Assembly: GCA_963669175.1 (NCBI GenBank)
Contig: OY769902.1
Coordinates: 3,424,001-3,488,000 of the forward strand
Direction: 5' to 3'
From: a bacterium
GTDB lineage: Bacteria; Electryoneota; Electryoneia; Electryoneales; Electryoneaceae
DNA: 64,000 bases
Shown piece by piece: positions 57,717 through 64,000 of this stretch. Made by a program: the position numbers and the translations under genes. The first letter of the stretch is position 1. The number at the start of each line of letters is the position of its first letter. The notes below the pieces were generated by a model. It was given only the letters and a program-made list of their open reading frames with translations. It did no database searches and was not told where the DNA came from.

Positions 57717-60068
57717 ATGAAAAAGGGTATCGCACTGCTTGCCCTGATTATGCTACTGACAAGCATTAGCTACGCAACTTTTCCGGAAGGTTATCACAAC
57801 CCGGATCAGGTCGAAGAATTCATCTTTGCGTTGCAGGATTCCGCGAACGTGCTAGGTGTTGGAAACCGTATGGCAATCGATACCATTGGTTATTCCCAAC
57901 AGAACCAGTGGCCGATTTACGCGATTAAAGTATCCGACGACGCTACGATTGAACGGGATTGTACAGTCGTTGTTATGTTTGGCCCTTTACATGCAGAAGA
58001 AGTCAGCGGGGTTGAGCTGGTTCTCAGCATGCTGGAAGAAACTGTCCTGGGACAACGCTCCGCGGTTCGCTATCGCAGGGAAAGCCTGGATATGTATTTC
58101 ATTCCGTCCATGAACCCGGAAGGAATGGGAATCGTATATGGCACTCACCCCTACTGTAATGATGGTATCGGAACCGATGGGCCGGATGTCAGCTTCCGTA
58201 AAAACTGCCGTCTGAACCCGGACGATGGCTATTTCCGTTATGATAACGATCATTACTGGGGATACGATTCCTCGGGCATAGACCTGAACCGGAATTTCGA
58301 CATCAACTGGTTCCACGGTGACACGTTATATCACTTCCTGGCAACCCAACGTGAGCGTTTTGACTACCTGGCAGGATCAACGCCTTTCAGTGAAGCCGAA
58401 ATGCAATATGTCAGGGATTTTATCCAGGAAAAGAAACCGTACATGAGCGCTACATTTCACACTTCTCGTACAGGTAACTTTTCTCTGAAGGTTATGTACC
58501 CCTGGGACTGGGGCCTTGATCACGACAAGCAGGCGCCGGATTCTCTCCTCTTCAAAGATGTAGCGCTTCGTTTTGCTGAATTATGCAGTGGCAACTCTAT
58601 TCCACCCTTTGCGCCCGCTCCTTCCGGTGGACGTAATGGAAAGATGCACGACTGGATGTACGCGGAAGGTGGCTGGCTCAACATGCAGACTGAATTGCGA
58701 TCCATTCAACCACCACGCGACTCACTGGATAATTGGATTGAAGAATACAAACAAGGCACCTATTACCTGATGGATCGTGCCTATGGTAGCTATGATATCC
58801 AGGGTTCTACCGGTCAACTGAAGCTGCTTGTCGTCGATGAGCAAGGAAATCCACTGGAAGCTGAGGTCATCGTTCCCACTCGTCAATGCGGCTATTTCAA
58901 ACCACGCATGACTCGGCCGGAAACAGGCACCTATCGTCGTCCCTTCCTGCAGGGCAATTATGAAGTCGTGGTCAGTGCCTTCGGGTATGTGTCCGACACA
59001 ACCACCTACGCCGTCCCGGAACAGGGAATCGCCGGGTACACGGTCACACTTGAACGTATGCCTCATCACCTGGTGCACCTCGGCCTGTTTGACGGCAACG
59101 ACCCCGACAACATGTCACACCTGTCCGGAACGATGGTCGTCCACCATGACTGGGGCATTGACACGCTAGAAGTCAACGACGGCTACATGCTGCGTCGCTG
59201 GCCAGCTGGTGATTATACGATTGAAGCCTGGGCGGATGGTTACATCCCCTATCGTGAAACTGTTACCGTATCCGATACAACCGTATTCCGCGCCAACCTG
59301 GTTTCAGCCAACGATATCTGGCGGGATGGTTTCGAAGATCACACCCTTCCCGACCGCTGGACCTACGATGGTGATTTCGTCTGGGCGCATGCCGGGTACG
59401 ATAAAAAGGAAGGTGTCGCATCGCTCAAGAGTGGTGGCCCCAGCCTGATGCTTTCAAACGATGTTGCCGGGACACTGTATCTCGACATCGACATGCCGGA
59501 GACGGATGAATCTGTCGCCTTGACCGGCTGGCGTTGTTTTGAACTTGAACCGGATTACGATTTCTGCACGGTGGAAATCAGTGTCGATGGCGATGACTGG
59601 GAAGAACTGGAAGTCCTGAATGGATTCTCACGCTGGCAACCGTTCTTCTACGACCTGCGGCCCTACCTGGATGCGAACAGTGTCGAGATCCGCTGGACCT
59701 TGGCGATGGATCATTCCAACGATGACCGTGGCCTCTTCCTCGATGAAGTCGCCCTGGTGTCAAACGCGGTATTCGAAGCGCCGGAGATTGACGCAAAGCT
59801 TCCCGGAACCTTTGCACTGGAAAACGCCTATCCGAACCCGTTCAATCCAACCACCATGCTGACCTATTCTGTCGCGGCGAATGCGCCAGTCACACTGAAG
59901 GTCTATGATGTGCTGGGGCGTGAAGTGATGACTGCGTTTGACGGCATCCGTAACGCCGGACAGTACCGTCTGGAACTGGACATGAGCAGCTTCGCCACCG
60001 GTATCTACTTCGTCCGCATGGATGCGCCGAGTTTCCAGCAGGCACAAAAACTGGTACTGGTCAAGTAA
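57717..60068 (+). CDS. Secreted M14 zinc carboxypeptidase with T9SS/FlgD-like C-terminal domain (paralog 1)
   Basis: HAEE, NPEG, RKN, GIDLNRNF, TFH, YPW and TEL motifs; ends YPNPFNP...KLVLVK. Confidence 0.85.
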   Translation: MKKGIALLALIMLLTSISYATFPEGYHNPDQVEEFIFALQDSANVLGVGNRMAIDTIGYSQQNQWPIYAIKVSDDATIERDCTVVVMFGPLHAEEVSGVELVLSMLEETVLGQRSAVRYRRESLDMYFIPSMNPEGMGIVYGTHPYCNDGIGTDGPDVSFRKNCRLNPDDGYFRYDNDHYWGYDSSGIDLNRNFDINWFHGDTLYHFLATQRERFDYLAGSTPFSEAEMQYVRDFIQEKKPYMSATFHTSRTGNFSLKVMYPWDWGLDHDKQAPDSLLFKDVALRFAELCSGNSIPPFAPAPSGGRNGKMHDWMYAEGGWLNMQTELRSIQPPRDSLDNWIEEYKQGTYYLMDRAYGSYDIQGSTGQLKLLVVDEQGNPLEAEVIVPTRQCGYFKPRMTRPETGTYRRPFLQGNYEVVVSAFGYVSDTTTYAVPEQGIAGYTVTLERMPHHLVHLGLFDGNDPDNMSHLSGTMVVHHDWGIDTLEVNDGYMLRRWPAGDYTIEAWADGYIPYRETVTVSDTTVFRANLVSANDIWRDGFEDHTLPDRWTYDGDFVWAHAGYDKKEGVASLKSGGPSLMLSNDVAGTLYLDIDMPETDESVALTGWRCFELEPDYDFCTVEISVDGDDWEELEVLNGFSRWQPFFYDLRPYLDANSVEIRWTLAMDHSNDDRGLFLDEVALVSNAVFEAPEIDAKLPGTFALENAYPNPFNPTTMLTYSVAANAPVTLKVYDVLGREVMTAFDGIRNAGQYRLELDMSSFATGIYFVRMDAPSFQQAQKLVLVK

Positions 60069-60090
60069 CTTTTTTACTGCAGATGATTTC

Positions 60091-60121
60091 AACCCCATCC
60101 GAATTATTTAGATGGGGTTTT
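60091..60121 (+). terminator. Intrinsic terminator
   Basis: AACCCCATC...GATGGGGTT plus T-tract. Confidence 0.7.
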
Positions 60122-60266
60122 CTTTGTTTGTAGCATGCCGAACAATGAACCATCATATTCATTGATGCTACTCTGAAAAATTAAAAAAAAGAAATCAACC
60201 AACTTGATCAATGGAAAAAACGATCATTACCTTAATTACAGCACTGCTTAACCTTTGGAGGCTGGC

Positions 60267-62615
60267 ATGAATAAAAGCATCGTTCTGGTACTCGTATTGT
60301 TGTTATTCGCGTCGATTTCGCTCGCCGACTGGCCGGAAGGCTACCACAATCCCCAACAAATCGAAGACTTCATTTTCGCGTTACAGGATTCCGCCAATGA
60401 GCTGGGAATCGGCAACCGCATGCAGATTGACACCATCGGTTACAGCCAGCAGAACCAGTGGCCGATTTACGCGGTGAAGGTTGCGGATGACGCTACGATT
60501 GAACGTGATTGTACTGCTGTTCTCTTCATAGGTCAGGTTCACGCGGAGGAAGTCAGTGGAGTTGAATTAGTTCTGAACATGATTGAAAACTGCATTTTTA
60601 ACCAGCGGTATGCGTATCGCAATCGACGTGAATACTTGGACATGTACTTCATCCCGACAGCTAATCCCGAAGGCATGGGGATTGTTTTTGGCACCCATCC
60701 TTATTGTAATGATGGAATTGGTACTGAAGGATATGATAGAACTTTCAGAAAAAACTGTCGAATTAATCCTTTGGAAGAATATTTCCGGTACTGCATTTCC
60801 GTGGATGGCGATGACTCTTCCGGTGTAGATATCAATCGCAATTTCAACCTCAACTTCTTCAGAAGTGACACTCTTTACGACACTCTCATGCACAGGGGAG
60901 AAATATTTGATTATTATCGAGGACCATCCCCTTGTAGTGAAGCAGAAACACAAGCCATCGTTGATTATATATCATCGTTAAAACCCCAATATAGCGCAAC
61001 GTACCACACATCAAGGAGTACATTATTTTCTATGCATATCATGTATCCTTGGGATTGGGGGTTGGAGCACGATAAGCAAGCTCCGGATTCACTCTTGCTT
61101 AAAGATACTGCTATTCGATTTGCTGAACTTTGTAGCGGAAACTTGATACTGCCTTTCAGACCTGCGCCTTCAGGCAGACGCGACAGTAAAATGCACGACT
61201 GGATGTATGCGGAAGGCGGTTGGATCAACATGCAGACTGAATTGCGTTGCATTCAACCCCCGATTGATTCGCTGCGCCGCTGGATAGAAGAATACAAACA
61301 AGGCGCGTATTACCTGATGGACCGTGCCTACGGCAGTTATGACATTGAAGGTTCTACCGGTCAGTTAAAACTGTTGGTTCAGGATGAAGCCGGTAATCCG
61401 ATTCATGCTGAGGTCATGGTACCGTCTCTTCATTGCGGTTATTTCAAGCCACGCATGACCAAACCGGAAACAGGCACCTATCGTCGTCCCTTCCTGCAGG
61501 GCAATTATGAAGTCGTGGTCAGTGCCTTCGGGTATGTGTCCGACACAACCACCTACGCCGTCCCGGAACAGGGAATCGCCGGGTACACGGTCACACTTGA
61601 ACGTATGCCTCATCACCTGGTGCACCTCGGCCTGTTTGACGGCAACGACCCCGACAACATGTCACACCTGTCCGGAACGATGGTCGTCCACCATGACTGG
61701 GGCATTGACACGCTAGAAGTCAACGACGGCTACATGCTGCGTCGCTGGCCAGCTGGTGATTATACGATTGAAGCCTGGGCGGATGGTTACATCCCCTATC
61801 GTGAAACTGTTACCGTATCCGATACAACCGTATTCCGCGCCAACCTGGTTTCAGCCAACGATATCTGGCGTGACGGTTTTGAAGAACATACTCTTCCCGA
61901 CCGCTGGACATACGATGGTGACTTTGTCTGGGCGCATGCCGGGTACGACAAGAAGGAAGGTGTCGCCTCGCTCAAGAGTGGTGGCCCCAGCCTGATGCTT
62001 CTGAATAATGTGACCGGGACACTGTATCTCGACATCGACATGCCGGAGACGGATGAATCTGTCGCGCTGACCGGCTGGCGTTGTTTTGAACTTGAACCGG
62101 ATTACGATTTCTGCACAGTGGAAATCAGTGTTGACGATGGTGACTGGGAAGAGCTGGAAATCCTGAATGGTTTCTCACGCTGGCAACCGTTCTTCTACGA
62201 CCTGCGGCCCTACCTGGATGCGAACAGTGTAGAGATCCGCTGGACCATCGCGATGGATCATTCCAACGATGACCGTGGCCTCTTCCTCGATGAAGTCGCC
62301 CTGGTGTCAAACGCGGTATTCGAAGCGCCGGAGATTGACGCAAAGCTTCCCGGAACCTTTGCACTGGAAAACGCCTATCCGAACCCGTTCAATCCAACCA
62401 CCATGCTGACCTATTCTGTCGCGGCGAATGTGCCGGTCACGCTGAAGGTCTTTGATGTACTGGGACGTGAAGTGATGACTGCGTTTGACGGCATCCGTAA
62501 CGCGGGACAGTACCGTCTGGAACTGGACATGAGCAGCTTCGCCACCGGTATCTACTTCGTCCGCATGGATGCGCCAGGGTTTCAACAGGTTAAGAAACTT
62601 GTACTGGTGAAATAA
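60267..62615 (+). CDS. Secreted M14 zinc carboxypeptidase with T9SS/FlgD-like C-terminal domain (paralog 2)
   Basis: Same motifs (HAEE, GVDINRNF, TYH, TEL). SD GGAGG. Confidence 0.85.
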   Translation: MNKSIVLVLVLLLFASISLADWPEGYHNPQQIEDFIFALQDSANELGIGNRMQIDTIGYSQQNQWPIYAVKVADDATIERDCTAVLFIGQVHAEEVSGVELVLNMIENCIFNQRYAYRNRREYLDMYFIPTANPEGMGIVFGTHPYCNDGIGTEGYDRTFRKNCRINPLEEYFRYCISVDGDDSSGVDINRNFNLNFFRSDTLYDTLMHRGEIFDYYRGPSPCSEAETQAIVDYISSLKPQYSATYHTSRSTLFSMHIMYPWDWGLEHDKQAPDSLLLKDTAIRFAELCSGNLILPFRPAPSGRRDSKMHDWMYAEGGWINMQTELRCIQPPIDSLRRWIEEYKQGAYYLMDRAYGSYDIEGSTGQLKLLVQDEAGNPIHAEVMVPSLHCGYFKPRMTKPETGTYRRPFLQGNYEVVVSAFGYVSDTTTYAVPEQGIAGYTVTLERMPHHLVHLGLFDGNDPDNMSHLSGTMVVHHDWGIDTLEVNDGYMLRRWPAGDYTIEAWADGYIPYRETVTVSDTTVFRANLVSANDIWRDGFEEHTLPDRWTYDGDFVWAHAGYDKKEGVASLKSGGPSLMLLNNVTGTLYLDIDMPETDESVALTGWRCFELEPDYDFCTVEISVDDGDWEELEILNGFSRWQPFFYDLRPYLDANSVEIRWTIAMDHSNDDRGLFLDEVALVSNAVFEAPEIDAKLPGTFALENAYPNPFNPTTMLTYSVAANVPVTLKVFDVLGREVMTAFDGIRNAGQYRLELDMSSFATGIYFVRMDAPGFQQVKKLVLVK

Positions 62616-62632
62616 GGATTTTTTTCACCGTC

Positions 62633-62670
62633 ACAACCCCGTTCGGATATCTGAACGGGGTTGTTCGTTT
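62633..62670 (+). terminator. Intrinsic terminator
   Basis: ACAACCCCGTTC...GAACGGGGTTGT hairpin. Confidence 0.6.
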
Positions 62671-62753
62671 CATGGCTGCTCCGCTTTTCATTTACACTAA
62701 AATGATGTATTTTCCATACGTTCTTTTTACTTTGACCTGATCCGGGATAGGTT

Positions 62754-64000
62754 ATGTCCAGCACACCGCAGAAGCCTCTCAGCATTCCTTCTTCCAAACC
62801 TGATTTCTGGAAAAGTCTTGGCCCGGGGTTATTATGGGCAGGCGCTGCAATCGGAGTATCTCACCTTGTACAGTCTACACGTGCCGGAGCCAGTTATGGT
62901 TATGCCCTGGTCTGGGCGGTTGTCCTTGTAAACCTGTTTAAGTACCCGTTTTTTGAATTCGGCCCACGTTATGCCGCTGCGACCGGTGAAACACTGATCG
63001 AAGGCTATCAGAGACTGGGGAAATGGGCCATTTATGCCTACCTGGCTGTAACCTTCGCAACCATGTTTTCCGTTCAGGCAGCCGTTACAATCGTCACTGC
63101 CGGATTGGCGATGCAACTTTTCAATATCGGTGTCGGGATATTCCCCTGGTGTGGTATCATTATCGCCATTTGCATACTTCTTTTGCTTCTGGGACGTTAT
63201 CCCCTGCTGGACAGCATGATGAAAATCATCATCATCATCCTGACTCTGTCCACCCTGTTTGCTGTCGGGTTGGCCGTCTCGCATGGATCAAGCTGCCCAC
63301 CGGACTTTGAACCGCCAAGTGTATGGAATCTTGCCGGTGTGACATTCCTGGTCGCTTTGATGGGCTGGATGCCAGCGCCGATAGATGTCGCCGTGTGGCA
63401 TTCGGTATGGACCAGGGAACGCTTCAAACAGACCAGTCATCGTCCTTCAGTAAAAGAAGCGATTCTTGATTTCAAGATCGGCTTTTTCGGCACTGCGATC
63501 CTGGCATTCGGCTTCCTTTTGCTTGGCGCTCTGGTTATGTATGGCACTGGTGAGACCTTCAGTGAGAAAGGGATTGTATTTGCCGGGCAGTTGGTGTCGC
63601 TCTATACCAAATCCCTGGGCGCCTGGAGCAGACCGTTTATCCTGATTGCTGCCTTTACTACCCTGTTCAGTACAACATTGACAGTAACCGATGCTTTCCC
63701 GCGCGTCCTACTACGTTCCACACATGTCCTTTTCCCGAAAATCCAGGGAAAGAAACCGGATTTTATCATCTATTTCGGCTGGATGGCCTTGATATGTAGC
63801 GGAGCGCTGTTACTGCTCTCCTGGTTGTCAGGCAGCCTGACATTCATGGTAGACCTGGCGACAATCATTTCATTTGTGACAGCGCCGCTGCTGGGATATA
63901 TGAATTACAAGGTGATCCTTGGGAAGAATGTTCCGGAAGAAGACAAACCCGGCAAGGGATTGCGTATTTTGAGCTGGGCCGGTTTGGCTTTTCTGATCCT
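62754..64000 (+). CDS. NRAMP-family divalent cation transporter-like protein (3' end outside window)
   Basis: Translated by hand: LGPGLLWAGAAIGVSHLVQSTRAGASYG...KYPFFEFGPRYAAATGE...ALMGWMPAP.D. Frame is open to the window end. Confidence 0.85.
   Translation, partial: MSSTPQKPLSIPSSKPDFWKSLGPGLLWAGAAIGVSHLVQSTRAGASYGYALVWAVVLVNLFKYPFFEFGPRYAAATGETLIEGYQRLGKWAIYAYLAVTFATMFSVQAAVTIVTAGLAMQLFNIGVGIFPWCGIIIAICILLLLLGRYPLLDSMMKIIIIILTLSTLFAVGLAVSHGSSCPPDFEPPSVWNLAGVTFLVALMGWMPAPIDVAVWHSVWTRERFKQTSHRPSVKEAILDFKIGFFGTAILAFGFLLLGALVMYGTGETFSEKGIVFAGQLVSLYTKSLGAWSRPFILIAAFTTLFSTTLTVTDAFPRVLLRSTHVLFPKIQGKKPDFIIYFGWMALICSGALLLLSWLSGSLTFMVDLATIISFVTAPLLGYMNYKVILGKNVPEEDKPGKGLRILSWAGLAFLI

Noticed and set aside
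57717-62615. Diversity-generating retroelement template/variable repeats
   Set aside because: Differences are mostly synonymous and involve all bases rather than adenines only. Both copies are full genes and no reverse transcriptase is in the window.

Overview
Bacterial chromosome segment of about 50% GC from a diderm, probably FCB-superphylum-type lineage. This is inferred from five secreted proteins with T9SS/FlgD-like C-terminal sorting domains (YPNPFN...Y.V..G.Y.V...K...VK/R), a PorV-like barrel and a TonB-dependent receptor. The backbone is housekeeping: infC-rpmI-rplT, seven tRNAs, mutY, an RND efflux operon, gdhA, dinB, hflKC, a Rad50/Mre11-like pair and an NRAMP transporter. The accessory layer includes an IS5 and an IS701-type element, each cleanly interrupting a gene. 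It also includes two copies of a 395-bp MITE with Tn5/IS50-like ends, 10-bp target duplications and a REPIN-like cargo, both inserted into REP palindromes, and a perfect 29-bp inverted REP pair bracketing a 2.9-kb orphan-gene block. Regulatory signals include a TPP riboswitch, an SOS-box-like palindrome and a candidate sigma54-driven small RNA. Several signs point to N-terminal module swapping on conserved C-terminal parts of the secreted proteins. No CRISPR array, rRNA, integrase or reverse transcriptase was seen. All calls come from reading the sequence by eye; no database searches were run.
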